Shown one piece after another: positions 1 through 10,287 of a stretch of DNA of 64,000 nt. Source of the stretch: a virus; IMG/VR virus record IMGVR_UViG_3300047564_003843, positions 96,705 through 160,704 of that record, one strand, 5' to 3'. The notes under the pieces were generated by a model that was not told the origin of the DNA, did no database searches, and saw only the letters and a list, made by a program, of their open reading frames with translations. Every line of letters starts with the position of its first letter. Positions within the stretch are counted from its first letter, which is position 1. The position numbers and the translations under genes were made by a program.

Positions 1-1
1 A

Positions 2-2929
2 CACCCAACGTCAACAGATGCTACAAACAATACAAATATTGTTGACATAACAACTACAGGAACTGGAAGCAACTTCCAGCTTGCTGCAGTAATTAAAACT
101 TTTGCTGATGCAGATGTTAATACAACAAACAACCGTATTGTTAAAACTCATAACTTTGCTACTGGCGATGTTGTTAAGTTTGCTACAAATGGTGGAGTGG
201 CCCCAACTCCTTTGGTTGATGGTTACTACTACTATGTAAGAGCTGTATCAAATACTGAAATCACTCTTCACACTACTTTGAACGATGCTAACAACAACCT
301 TCAGGCTATTGACTTCAGCACACAAGGTACTGGAACAGGGTTCACTTTAACAAACACAATCCCTGTTGGACCAATTATTCGTAAGATTACTGCAATTGGT
401 TCTGATACACAGATTACTGTGGACCGTCCATATGCAAATGCATATAGCGCTGTTTCTTACTCTTACCCAACCTTCGTATATGTTCGCCCACAAGGTTACT
501 CACTGCACCGTCCATTCGACGGTGGCGTTGAAATGTCGGTAGGTTCTAAGACATCATTTGGTCAGATTGTTCGTCAGACTCGTAAGTACTTCCGTTATCA
601 GTCAGGTAAGGGTATTCAGTCTTCTTGCGGTGTCAACTTCCAGCCTTCAATTGACCTTGAAAGTATGGTTCAATTTAGCTCTCTACAAGTTGAATGTAAG
701 ACTCGACGTCCACACGGACTTGTGTCAGGCTTGTTTATTGCTGTAAACGGTGCTGAAGATTCTTATGGAAACACAAGCACTGTATATAACGGAGAGTTCC
801 AAGTTACTGTTGTTAACTTAACAACATTTAGATTTACCGCTTCCCAGCCAATTGTAGAAAATAGAGCTTATGGATTCCCTCAGTTCTATGTCCGCGAGTG
901 GGAAAATGGTGCTGTACGTGAAGGTATGTTTGATTTCCAGAACGGTGCCTTCTTTGAGTTCGATGGAGAAGCAATTTACTGTGTTCGTCGTTCCTCTACA
1001 CAACAGCTTGCTGGAACAGCATCTGCTTTGCAAGGTTCAGAGTTAATTTTTGGAAATAATACAGCGTTTCAAGCTCAACTTGCAGTAGGTGATTACATCG
1101 TTATGCGTGGTCAAAGCTATCGTATTGCAGAAATTGAGTCAGATACTCGTATGGCTGTTCGTCCAGAGTATAAAGGCTCTTCTGGAACAGAAAAAGAATT
1201 TAACCCACAAACTCAAGTTAATACAACAACTGACATAATTAGCATCATTGGACACGGTTTTTCAAATCGACTTCCAGTTGTATACAACTCAATTGACGGT
1301 GAGCCAATTGGTGGAATGATTAACGGTCGAACTTACTATATTGACTTAATCAACAACAATACTTTTAAACTACTTGCTGACCCAGATGCAACAGTTAACG
1401 TAGATTTGTCTAGTACTGGAACAACTACAGTTCACTCATTTGTACCTGCTAAGTCAGGTATTGTTATGACTAAGACAGTAGATACAAGAGTTCCTCAAAG
1501 CCAGTGGAATATTGACATCTGCGATGGCTCTGGTCCAACTGGTTATAACCTTGATATCTCTCGTATTCAGATGGCCTACATTGACTACTCTTGGTACGGT
1601 GCAGGTAAGATTCGTTTTGGATTTAAGACTGTAGACGGTCAGGTTCAATACGTTCACGAGTTTGTCCACAACAACAACTTATTTGAGTCATACTTCCGTT
1701 CTGGTAACTTGCCAGGTCGCTACGAAGTAGTCACCTATGAGAATCCAACTTACATCCCTTACTTGTTCCACTGGGGTACATCGGTCATCATGGATGGTCG
1801 ATTTGATGATGACAACGCATACTTGTTCACTGGTTCAAGCCAGACACTAAATGTTCCAGGAACAACAGCAAAATCATTTGCTTCATCTGGTATCAACCTA
1901 ACAACTGACTTGTTTACTGTTCAAAGTCACGGTTTTTCTACTGGTGACACTCTACAGTTCCAGTCAATTGCAACTAATGGTTTCCCAGGCACTAACTCTT
2001 TGAACCCAGCAACTCAGATTATTGGTTCAAATACTCGTGCAAACCTAACTAATGATTCGTTATATGGAGTTTTGGTTAACTCACCAAACTTTATTCACTT
2101 GACTCCACCTAACGTAACAATTAGCCGTGGCACTGGATACGCTATTAATCCTCAGACTATTCAGAGCGCTCAGACTGGAACTACTGTAACTATCACAACA
2201 ACACAGCCACACGGTTTAACTACTGGTATGTATGCTGGTATCTACGGTTCTAGTCGTGTACCAAATGGTCCGTTCTATGTAACTAGAACAAGTGACACAG
2301 TGTTTACTTACACAGCAACTAACGTTGCTACCCCCGTGACTGCTGCTAATGATCCAAACATCATTATCTCTGAAGTTATTAACTTTACTTCACAAGGTAA
2401 CACCCAGTACACCTACTTCTTGTATCCAAACGGCTCATTGAACAATACCTCTGGTCCTAACTACCAGCCATTGCTTTCAATCCGCCTCTCTCCTTCAGTA
2501 TCTGAAGGTTTGACAGGTAAGCTTGGTGACCGAGATGTTCTTAACCGAATGCAGCTACGCCTACAAGAAATTGGTGTATCTACAACACAGCTTGTCGACG
2601 TTAAGGTTCTTTTGAATCCACGTTTGAACAACTTGAACTTCGTAGGTGTAGACTCACCTTCCTTGACTCAGATTGTTGAGCACACTGCTCAAGACACTGT
2701 TTCAGGTGGAGTTCAGGTTTATAACTTCCGTGCCGCTGGTGGTGCTGCTGGTGCAGAAGATACAACCGTGGTAGATGTTTCAACATTGTTCGAGTTATCA
2801 AACTCAATCCTTGGCGGAGACTCTATCTTCCCAGATGGTCCAGACATCTTGACAATTGCAGTGTCTAGGTTGACTGGTAGTTCTACACTAACTTCAGCGA
2901 AGATGTCATGGGCAGAAGCTCAGGCGTAG
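2..2929 (+). CDS. Large virion structural / tail-fibre-associated protein, 5'-truncated by the window edge
   Basis: The frame is open from nt 2 (HPTSTDATNNTNIVDI...) through the GTG at 197, so the true start is upstream of the window. Thr/Asn/Gly-rich, with several HG[FL]xxG beta modules (HNFATGD, HGLVSG, HGFSTGD, HGLTTG). Confidence 0.7.
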   Translation, partial: HPTSTDATNNTNIVDITTTGTGSNFQLAAVIKTFADADVNTTNNRIVKTHNFATGDVVKFATNGGVAPTPLVDGYYYYVRAVSNTEITLHTTLNDANNNLQAIDFSTQGTGTGFTLTNTIPVGPIIRKITAIGSDTQITVDRPYANAYSAVSYSYPTFVYVRPQGYSLHRPFDGGVEMSVGSKTSFGQIVRQTRKYFRYQSGKGIQSSCGVNFQPSIDLESMVQFSSLQVECKTRRPHGLVSGLFIAVNGAEDSYGNTSTVYNGEFQVTVVNLTTFRFTASQPIVENRAYGFPQFYVREWENGAVREGMFDFQNGAFFEFDGEAIYCVRRSSTQQLAGTASALQGSELIFGNNTAFQAQLAVGDYIVMRGQSYRIAEIESDTRMAVRPEYKGSSGTEKEFNPQTQVNTTTDIISIIGHGFSNRLPVVYNSIDGEPIGGMINGRTYYIDLINNNTFKLLADPDATVNVDLSSTGTTTVHSFVPAKSGIVMTKTVDTRVPQSQWNIDICDGSGPTGYNLDISRIQMAYIDYSWYGAGKIRFGFKTVDGQVQYVHEFVHNNNLFESYFRSGNLPGRYEVVTYENPTYIPYLFHWGTSVIMDGRFDDDNAYLFTGSSQTLNVPGTTAKSFASSGINLTTDLFTVQSHGFSTGDTLQFQSIATNGFPGTNSLNPATQIIGSNTRANLTNDSLYGVLVNSPNFIHLTPPNVTISRGTGYAINPQTIQSAQTGTTVTITTTQPHGLTTGMYAGIYGSSRVPNGPFYVTRTSDTVFTYTATNVATPVTAANDPNIIISEVINFTSQGNTQYTYFLYPNGSLNNTSGPNYQPLLSIRLSPSVSEGLTGKLGDRDVLNRMQLRLQEIGVSTTQLVDVKVLLNPRLNNLNFVGVDSPSLTQIVEHTAQDTVSGGVQVYNFRAAGGAAGAEDTTVVDVSTLFELSNSILGGDSIFPDGPDILTIAVSRLTGSSTLTSAKMSWAEAQA

Positions 2930-2938
2930 GAGAGACAC

Positions 2939-5320
2939 ATGCCAATTCAGCGACTTGGGATTTCAAACCCTGCGGCTAACACTGACACTGTACTTGCAAC
3001 ATTTTCTGAGGCACACCTTGTCTCGGTTATTGTTGCTAGCAGAGCAGTTGTAGCTGTACCAGCTTGTAAAGTAAGTATTTGGATTGCTCCAGCTAATGCT
3101 GTTCAGCAATCAAATTTTGCATACATTGCTTTCAACCTTGATATCCCTGTTGGTTCTTCCTTCGAGACTTTCCGTTTTGCAGTAAATCCAGGAGATACTC
3201 TTTGGGTACGTTCAGCTGTACCAACTACTTCCTTTAGTTGCGTAGGTATTGCTCAAGAAGATTCAGCTCTTCCAGAAAACATAACTCAGACATTCACAAA
3301 CAAAGAAATTCGTGGTCTTTACAACACTATTTATGTAGACATTGGAACAACTTCAGAACGTCGTAGTTCTGCTGAAGTTGGTTATGTTCGTTTTAATACT
3401 GAACTTAATAGTGGAAATGGTGCTTTAGAGCAGAAGACTTCAAACGGCTGGGAAATTGTTGGAACAGGTGTAACATCTGGCCCAACTGGCGCTACTGGCC
3501 CAGTTGGTGCAACAGGAGCAACTGGCCCTTCTGGAGGCCCTACTGGACCTACAGGCTCTACAGGCCCAACTGGTGCTACTGGTCCTGTTGGTTTAGGTGG
3601 TAATGAAGGTCCTTTAGGTCCTACTGGTCCTGCTGGTCCAGCTGGTCCTCAAGCAACATCTGTAAATATTTTAGGCTCCGTAGAAAATGTTGGAGCACTA
3701 CCTCTTACTGCAGCAGAAGTTGCTGATGCGTATGTAGTTTTAAGTACTGGTGATGTTTATGCTTGGACTGGAACAGAGTGGCAGAGTTTAGGACCACTTA
3801 TTGGTCCTACGGGCCCAACAGGTGCAACTGGCGCTGCAAGCACAGTGGCTGGTCCAACTGGACCAACTGGTGCGCAAGGATTAGTTGGGCCTCAAGGTGC
3901 TACAGGTCCTCAAGGTGCTGACTCTGTAGTTCCAGGACCTACGGGCCCAACGGGAGCTACTGGTCCTGTAAGCACAGTGGCTGGTCCAACTGGATCAACT
4001 GGTCCTACTGGACCAATAGGTCTTCAAGGACCAGCTGGTACAAATATAACTGTAAAAGGATCTGTTGCGGATGTTGCATCACTACCTTCTTCTGGAAACA
4101 CAACTGGTGATGCATATATAACTCTTGATACTGGAAATACTTATTTCTGGACTGGTTCCGCTTGGGTAAATATTGGATTAATTGCAGGACCAGTGGGTCC
4201 AACAGGTGCAACTGGTGCAGTAGGTGCTACAGGTCCAACAGGATCTACAGGCCCATCAGGTGGACCAACTGGTCCAACAGGCCCAGCGGGACCTATAGGA
4301 CCTGCTGGAACTTCAAACGTGGCTGTAGTGGAAACTACAGATTCAACAACTTTTGTTGGTTTGTATGAAAACATAACTGGTACACAAGGTGGCGTAACAA
4401 ACCAAGGTATTAAATATGATGCTTCAACACAAAAGTTTATTGTCACTCAAATTGAAACATCTCAAATTTTGCCACCTTCTAGTGGCACTGGAACTTTTAC
4501 TATAAGTTCTCCAACAACTTTAACTTTGTCTGCACAAAGCGAAGTTATTACAGATGCACCATTCCAGCTTCTCAGTGCAACTCTTACGGAGTTAACAACT
4601 TTAGTTGCTACGGCTGGTTCAATTATTTATGTAACTGATGCTCCTTTAGGTTCTCAGTTGTACTACTACGATGGACTTCAATGGGTTGAAATTGAAGGAA
4701 CTGGTCAAGGACCTACGGGACCTACAGGTGCTACTGGTCCTTCTGGTGGCCCAACTGGTCCAGAAGGACCAACTGGCCCAACAGGTGCCACTGGACCATC
4801 AGTAACTGGTGCGACTGGAGCACAGGGTATTACTGGTCCAACAGGCTCTACAGGACCAACTGGTCCTACTGGAGCAACTGGTCCTGCTGGAACAACTAAC
4901 TTCAATTCTCTTAATGATATAACTGCAGCTTCAGTAACAATTGATGAAATTGCAGAGTCAGCTATGGCTAAATTAACTGTTGTAAATAATGCAACAGTAG
5001 CTTATAGATTTACAAGTCATTATGGAACCACAAATAATCCAGTTATTTATGTTATCTCTGGAACAACAATTGCATTTAATCTTGCTAATGCTGGACACCC
5101 ATTTGCTATTCAAACAGCAGACGGTAACAACTACAGTGAAGGTTTAATTCATGTTGATACTAATGGTGTAGTTTCTACTGATTCAAACGCTCAAGGAAAA
5201 ACTTCTGGAACTTTGTATTGGAGGGTTCGTCAAGGAATTTCTGGTGGATATAGATATCAATGTCTATCCCACCCAGGAATGGGCGGAACTATTGCTATCC
5301 GAGAAATCTCTACAATCTAA
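2939..5320 (+). CDS. Collagen-like (Gly-Pro-Thr) fibre protein with C-terminal cupredoxin-like domain
   Basis: SD AGGAGA; four GXY blocks (GPTGATGP...); C-terminal GHPF...[11 protein letters not shown]. Confidence 0.8.
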   Translation: MPIQRLGISNPAANTDTVLATFSEAHLVSVIVASRAVVAVPACKVSIWIAPANAVQQSNFAYIAFNLDIPVGSSFETFRFAVNPGDTLWVRSAVPTTSFSCVGIAQEDSALPENITQTFTNKEIRGLYNTIYVDIGTTSERRSSAEVGYVRFNTELNSGNGALEQKTSNGWEIVGTGVTSGPTGATGPVGATGATGPSGGPTGPTGSTGPTGATGPVGLGGNEGPLGPTGPAGPAGPQATSVNILGSVENVGALPLTAAEVADAYVVLSTGDVYAWTGTEWQSLGPLIGPTGPTGATGAASTVAGPTGPTGAQGLVGPQGATGPQGADSVVPGPTGPTGATGPVSTVAGPTGSTGPTGPIGLQGPAGTNITVKGSVADVASLPSSGNTTGDAYITLDTGNTYFWTGSAWVNIGLIAGPVGPTGATGAVGATGPTGSTGPSGGPTGPTGPAGPIGPAGTSNVAVVETTDSTTFVGLYENITGTQGGVTNQGIKYDASTQKFIVTQIETSQILPPSSGTGTFTISSPTTLTLSAQSEVITDAPFQLLSATLTELTTLVATAGSIIYVTDAPLGSQLYYYDGLQWVEIEGTGQGPTGPTGATGPSGGPTGPEGPTGPTGATGPSVTGATGAQGITGPTGSTGPTGPTGATGPAGTTNFNSLNDITAASVTIDEIAESAMAKLTVVNNATVAYRFTSHYGTTNNPVIYVISGTTIAFNLANAGHPFAIQTADGNNYSEGLIHVDTNGVVSTDSNAQGKTSGTLYWRVRQGISGGYRYQCLSHPGMGGTIAIREISTI

Positions 5321-5332
5321 TAGGACTGGTAG

Positions 5333-6919
5333 ATGAGTGATTATAAAGAATACACAGTCACTACAGAGAGTATGGAAATTACCGACTCTGTGTGGGAAGA
5401 CTTGGTGTCTCCAAATAGTATTCTAGAAACTATCCCAGATAGACCTGTAGAAGTCGCTAATGAGAGACCATCTAACCCCTGCAATACGTCTTACTGGCTA
5501 ACCGATGAAGAAGCAATGGCTCTTCGAGAAGACCCTCGTATTGTTGATGTTCAAGATTTAAGTATTTTTAAGCCAACAAAATTTGCTTTTCAAGAAGGAA
5601 ATTTTGACAAGTTAAGCACGCAAACTGGAGCTAAAGCCAACTGGGGTTTATTAAGACATTCAAATTTAAGTAATCTCTATGGCAATCAATTAGGTGATCC
5701 AGGTGGAACTTACGATTATGTGTTAGATGGTACTGGTGTTGATGTAGTAATTATCGATAGTGGGATTCAAACAAATCATCCAGAATTTACAGAAGTAAGT
5801 AACCCATCAGCCAGTAGAGTTAATCCAATAGATTGGTTTGCTGTTAGTGGAGTTTCTGGCTCTATGCCATCAGGGTTTTATCAAGATTATGACGGACACG
5901 GTACACATGTTGCAGCAACAGTTGCTGGTAAAACTTTTGGCTGGGCAAAAAATGCTCAAATTTTTTCTATAAAGTTAGAAGGTCTTAGGTCACCTCTTGA
6001 TCCAGGTCAAGGTTTAGATACAGCTACAGCTTTTGATGTTTTAGTAGGTTGGCATAACAATAAAACAAATGGAAGACCAACTGTTGTCTGCAACAGCTGG
6101 GGATATGGAATCTTTCATAGAGCAGATTTAGAAGCTTTTTCTTTTGGATTAGATGAGAATGACACATTGTTTGGAATTAGTGGTGGTTCTTATAGAGGAG
6201 TTACTTGGAGTGGAGGAACCTTAGACCCTAATAAAGGTCATACAGGTGCTTTAGTAGCTCCAAGTACTTATTTTTATCCTTACAGGGTCTCTGCTGTAGA
6301 TGCTGATATTACTATAGGAGCTAATGCTGGAATTTTATTTTGTAATGCTGCTGGAAACAATTATTTAAAAATTGATGTACAAGGTGGAGTAGATTACAAT
6401 AATTACATATCAACAGACTTTGGATTTTATTATTACCACAGGGGTGGTACACCAGCTAGAAATATTAGCGTCCCAGACAAAGTTTTTACTGTTGGAGCGC
6501 TAGACCACACAACTCAAGGTATTGTAGATAGAAAAGCAAGTTTTAGTAACTCTGGACCAGGTGTTAATATTTATGCAGCTGGATCTAGAATTATTAGCGC
6601 TATGAGTGCAGTAAATGATGACAACAGTAACTTTGCTTATTTTTTAAACAACTCATTTAAACAGCAGCTTCTATCTGGAACTTCAATGGCTGCTCCTCAG
6701 GTGGCAGGGGTTGCTGCCCTCGTGTTCCAAATGCACCCAGACTGGGACCCTCGAAGGGTTATTGCTTTTATAAAAAATAAATCTTTAGACCAAGTTTATA
6801 AGACCAATTTAGACGATGACTATACAAACACTGCTAGTATCCATGGAGGGGCTAATGATCTATTGTATGTCCCTATGGCCTCCCAGCGTGTCTTTTCATT
6901 CTTTAAGGCTACAGTCTAG
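5333..6919 (+). CDS. Subtilisin-like serine protease (peptidase S8) with prodomain
   Basis: Catalytic triad motifs VVIIDSG, HGTHVA and GTSMAAPQVAG; oxyanion motif AAGN. Confidence 0.92.
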   Translation: MSDYKEYTVTTESMEITDSVWEDLVSPNSILETIPDRPVEVANERPSNPCNTSYWLTDEEAMALREDPRIVDVQDLSIFKPTKFAFQEGNFDKLSTQTGAKANWGLLRHSNLSNLYGNQLGDPGGTYDYVLDGTGVDVVIIDSGIQTNHPEFTEVSNPSASRVNPIDWFAVSGVSGSMPSGFYQDYDGHGTHVAATVAGKTFGWAKNAQIFSIKLEGLRSPLDPGQGLDTATAFDVLVGWHNNKTNGRPTVVCNSWGYGIFHRADLEAFSFGLDENDTLFGISGGSYRGVTWSGGTLDPNKGHTGALVAPSTYFYPYRVSAVDADITIGANAGILFCNAAGNNYLKIDVQGGVDYNNYISTDFGFYYYHRGGTPARNISVPDKVFTVGALDHTTQGIVDRKASFSNSGPGVNIYAAGSRIISAMSAVNDDNSNFAYFLNNSFKQQLLSGTSMAAPQVAGVAALVFQMHPDWDPRRVIAFIKNKSLDQVYKTNLDDDYTNTASIHGGANDLLYVPMASQRVFSFFKATV

Positions 6920-6940
6920 GGAGATGAAGGTATAATTATG

Positions 6941-6972
6941 ATGAAAAGTGTAGACGCAGTAAGGAGAGACAT
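6941..6972 (+). promoter_or_regulatory. Leader and SD of the 6973 gene, downstream of a perfect -10 box (TATAAT at 6931-6936)
   Basis: GGTATAAT in the 53-nt intergenic gap; AAGGAGA before the ATG. Confidence 0.5.
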
Positions 6973-8559
6973 ATGGCAGTAAAACGTTTAGGTGTAGCCA
7001 CCCCTAACTCCACCGTTCCTACCCTTTTGGCCACTAACGATACTAGCGGTGTCGCCTCAGTTATTGTTTCAAATCGAGCAAATATAGCCAGTCTTGTAAC
7101 AATTTATGTAGAGCCTTCAGACTCTTTAGGAGTAGAGGGAAGTCGTGGCTATATTGTTGACAATCTATCTGTAGATGTCGGTCAGTCTTTTGAAACCTTT
7201 AGATTTGCATTAAATGTTGGAGACCAAATATGGGTCAAATCTTCAACCTCTCTTGCCAATTTTTCTTGCACTCTTTTGTATGACCAAGCTGGAAAATCAA
7301 ATGTAATTTACTCACCTACTCAACCTGGTTTCCCATCAATAGGTGATATTTGGATTGATTCGGAAACAGAAGAAGTTAATGTTTATGTAGGAGATGGTTT
7401 TAATACTATTGCTACAGTTGCACCTACTGGACCTACTGGTCCTGCTGGTCCATTCGGACCTACTGGTCCTTCTGGTCCAACTGGTCCACAAGGTTCAAGT
7501 GTTCGTATCCTTGGAACTTATTCAACTCTTCAACTTCTTCAAGCAGATAACCCAATCGGTGCAATTGGTGATGCTTATGTTGTCGGTCAAGAATTTGTAT
7601 ATGCATGGTCTGATTTAAATCAAGAGTGGGCATTAGTTGGTCCAATTGGTGTAACTGGTCCAACGGGAGCAACTGGTGCACAAGGTCCGCAAGGTATCGG
7701 TGGTGCAGATGGTGGTACTGGTCCAACAGGTCCCGCAGGTGAGCCAGGTGGACCAACAGGTGCTGCAGGTCCAACTGGTGTAGCAGGTCCAACGGGTCCA
7801 GAAGGCCCAACTGGTCCAGAAGGTCCAACGGGTCCAACTGGAAGTATTGGAGCTACAGGAATTGAAATTGGAGCTACTCCACCAGCAAATGTTGGCCTAC
7901 TATGGGTTGACACAACTCAAGATGCAGCAATTTTACCTCACTCGCAGACTCATACAGTGGGTGGAAGTGACCAACTCACATTGTCTTCATCTCAGATATC
8001 TGGATTAGATACAAAGTTATCCGAGTTAGATATTTTGACCAGCGGCGAATCAAGCATTGATAGAAAAGCAGCTCTTACAGGTATTTCATATGGTTCCTCT
8101 GGTAACGTCCTTTTAACTTATAGAAGAGCTACAAAAACTGAAACTGTGACAAAACTTCAAGCAGCTTGTGGTACTGCAGCTGGAGCTACCCCAACTCTTA
8201 TTAAATTTGGTGTTTATTCTGTAAATGAATCTACTGGAGAGCTAACAAGAGTGGCTATTACAGCAAGCGATACTTCTGTTTTTGCTACTTCTAACACTGG
8301 ATATGAACTTACTTTAACAACCCCTTGGGAAAAACAAGCTGGTGTTATGTATGCATATGCTCTTCTTATCGTTAGTGCTCAGACTCTTCCTACAATTGTT
8401 GGATTTGCTCACGCATCCTCCGCAGCTGTGAACGCAATATTGGCTCTTCCACCAAGAATAACTGGAACAGTTCCAGCTCAAACAGATTTACCAGATACTG
8501 TTGCTGGTGGCTCCGTTAGCGTATCCAACCGTGCTATTTGGATGCACGCTCTTCCATAG
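6973..8559 (+). CDS. Collagen-like fibre protein; N-terminal domain paralogous to that of 2939..5320
   Basis: GXY blocks; [22 protein letters not shown] versus [22 protein letters not shown]. Confidence 0.8.
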   Translation: MAVKRLGVATPNSTVPTLLATNDTSGVASVIVSNRANIASLVTIYVEPSDSLGVEGSRGYIVDNLSVDVGQSFETFRFALNVGDQIWVKSSTSLANFSCTLLYDQAGKSNVIYSPTQPGFPSIGDIWIDSETEEVNVYVGDGFNTIATVAPTGPTGPAGPFGPTGPSGPTGPQGSSVRILGTYSTLQLLQADNPIGAIGDAYVVGQEFVYAWSDLNQEWALVGPIGVTGPTGATGAQGPQGIGGADGGTGPTGPAGEPGGPTGAAGPTGVAGPTGPEGPTGPEGPTGPTGSIGATGIEIGATPPANVGLLWVDTTQDAAILPHSQTHTVGGSDQLTLSSSQISGLDTKLSELDILTSGESSIDRKAALTGISYGSSGNVLLTYRRATKTETVTKLQAACGTAAGATPTLIKFGVYSVNESTGELTRVAITASDTSVFATSNTGYELTLTTPWEKQAGVMYAYALLIVSAQTLPTIVGFAHASSAAVNAILALPPRITGTVPAQTDLPDTVAGGSVSVSNRAIWMHALP

Positions 8560-8572
8560 GAATAGGTGAAAA

Positions 8573-9034
8573 ATGCCAATTATAAAGAAATATAACTTAG
8601 ATACCACTATCTGGGAACCTGTTGCTGTTGGAGCTACTGGACCTACAGGTCCTATTGGAGTTTTGGGAGCTACAGGACCAACAGGACCAACGGGCCCGAC
8701 AGGACCTCAAGGAGATTGGTCTACAGCTCAGGTAGTTGTTACAAAAAGTGCATCTTTTGATTTAGAGCTTTCTGATGCTGGAAAAATTTTAAAATGCGAC
8801 AGTGGAGCTTCTCTAGCTGCAACTATACCTACAGCAGCTACTGCTGCTTTTGTTATTGGACAAAAGATAGACTTTTTACAATATGGAGCTGGTCAGCTAA
8901 CTGTTGGCGGAGCTACTGGAGTTACAGTTCGATCTACACCAACCAATAGACTTCGCACTCAATACTCTGTCGCATCTGCGATAAAGATTGCTGAGAACGA
9001 ATGGATTTTGGTTGGAGATTTGGCGCTGAGCTAA
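8573..9034 (+). CDS. Short collagen-containing fibre/tip protein
   Basis: GPT repeat, then a beta-rich domain ending RTQYSVASAIKIAENEWILVGDL, typical of phage fibre C-termini. Confidence 0.7.
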   Translation: MPIIKKYNLDTTIWEPVAVGATGPTGPIGVLGATGPTGPTGPTGPQGDWSTAQVVVTKSASFDLELSDAGKILKCDSGASLAATIPTAATAAFVIGQKIDFLQYGAGQLTVGGATGVTVRSTPTNRLRTQYSVASAIKIAENEWILVGDLALS

Positions 9035-9035
9035 A

Positions 9036-9665
9036 ATGCCAGTAAATGTTGGATTTGTAGGTGCAGCTGGTTCTCTTAAAGACAGAGCAAAACCTAGAGA
9101 GCTTGGCTATAGAGTTAACTACATTAAAAATCCTAGTTTTGAAGTTTCAGTTGCAGACTGGGCACCTTTTGCTGGAACTACTTTAGAAAGAACCACTTCT
9201 GAATTTAATACTGGTTCTGCCTGTTTAAAAGTAACTAATACTTCTGGTGGTGGAGCTCAAAATGTAACAAGAATTCCATTTTTTAATCCTAACGATGTAT
9301 GGCATATAAGTGCCTATGTAAAGCTTGAATTAGGGAATGAAAATGCTACTTACTATTTGAGACATTTACAGTATGTAACAGAATCATCCAGCGCTGCTGT
9401 TGCTAGTGGTAATATAGGAGTGCAAAGTTTAACCGATGCTGATGGTTGGGTAAGATTAAGCGGCTCTTTTCAAAAAAACCCAAGTGCCAACTTTTTTCTA
9501 ATGAGAGTTGTGACCACCTCTGCTTCAAATACAGATGTTTTTTATGTAGACTCTGCTTTAGCAGAGTATTCTGCCGATTTAAACCCATATTTTGATGGCT
9601 CATATAATGGATTCTGGTCTGGCGAGCCTAATAACAGTTTTAGTGGTGCTACCCCCTACATTTAG
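9036..9665 (+). CDS. Carbohydrate-binding-module-like (CBM4/9, galactose-binding fold) virion protein
   Basis: NYIKNPSFE...W, SAYVK, GWVRLS, FYVD, YFDG pattern. Confidence 0.6.
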   Translation: MPVNVGFVGAAGSLKDRAKPRELGYRVNYIKNPSFEVSVADWAPFAGTTLERTTSEFNTGSACLKVTNTSGGGAQNVTRIPFFNPNDVWHISAYVKLELGNENATYYLRHLQYVTESSSAAVASGNIGVQSLTDADGWVRLSGSFQKNPSANFFLMRVVTTSASNTDVFYVDSALAEYSADLNPYFDGSYNGFWSGEPNNSFSGATPYI

Positions 9666-9702
9666 CCTATACTTTATAAACTGAAAGGACAAAAGAGACG
9701 AT

Positions 9703-10278
9703 ATGGACCTACCTAACTGGTTTGTGCAAAATGGAGTAGAAAATTTTGTTAATCATTTAACAGACTATAAAGATAAACCTACAAGGATGCTTCAAATAGG
9801 AGCGTATACAGGAGATGCCTCCCTGTGGCTTTGGGACAATATTTTGACACACAATCCTGCTTCTGTTCTTATTGATGTTGATACTTGGCAGGGTTCTGAC
9901 GAGCCTTCCCACTACGAAATGAATTGGAATACTGTAGAAAAAATTTATGATGTAAAAACCCAAGAAGGTCAGCTAAAAAGAAAAATAATAAAAGTAAAAT
10001 CAACAAGCGACTGGTTTTTTAAAAATAATTTAGAAAAATACGATTTTATATATGTTGATGGGGACCACACTTCATACGGGGTTTTAAAAGACGCTATTAA
10101 CGCTTTTGAGTGTTTAAATGTTGGCGGCATATTAGCTTTTGATGATTACAGATGGTCAGCAGGATTAGGTATATTAAAAGAGCCAAAACTAGCTATTGAT
10201 GCGTTTTCAGTAGTCAATTCAGACAAAATCGAGACAATAGTTGACGGCTATCAGCGTTGGTACAAGAGAATCGGGTAG
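9703..10278 (+). CDS. Class I SAM-dependent methyltransferase (Methyltransf_24-like)
   Basis: LQIGAYTG motif I, DVDTW, YDFIYVDGDH, GGILAFDDY. Confidence 0.85.
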   Translation: MDLPNWFVQNGVENFVNHLTDYKDKPTRMLQIGAYTGDASLWLWDNILTHNPASVLIDVDTWQGSDEPSHYEMNWNTVEKIYDVKTQEGQLKRKIIKVKSTSDWFFKNNLEKYDFIYVDGDHTSYGVLKDAINAFECLNVGGILAFDDYRWSAGLGILKEPKLAIDAFSVVNSDKIETIVDGYQRWYKRIG

Positions 10279-10287
10279 GATATAAAC

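Noticed and set aside
4005-7913. Antisense and alternative-frame ORFs over the collagen repeats (e.g. 4141..4446, 4705..4905, 7460..7837, 7620..7913)
   Set aside because: Shadows of GGN-CCN-ACN codon repeats, which lack stops in other frames; no RBS or independent signal.
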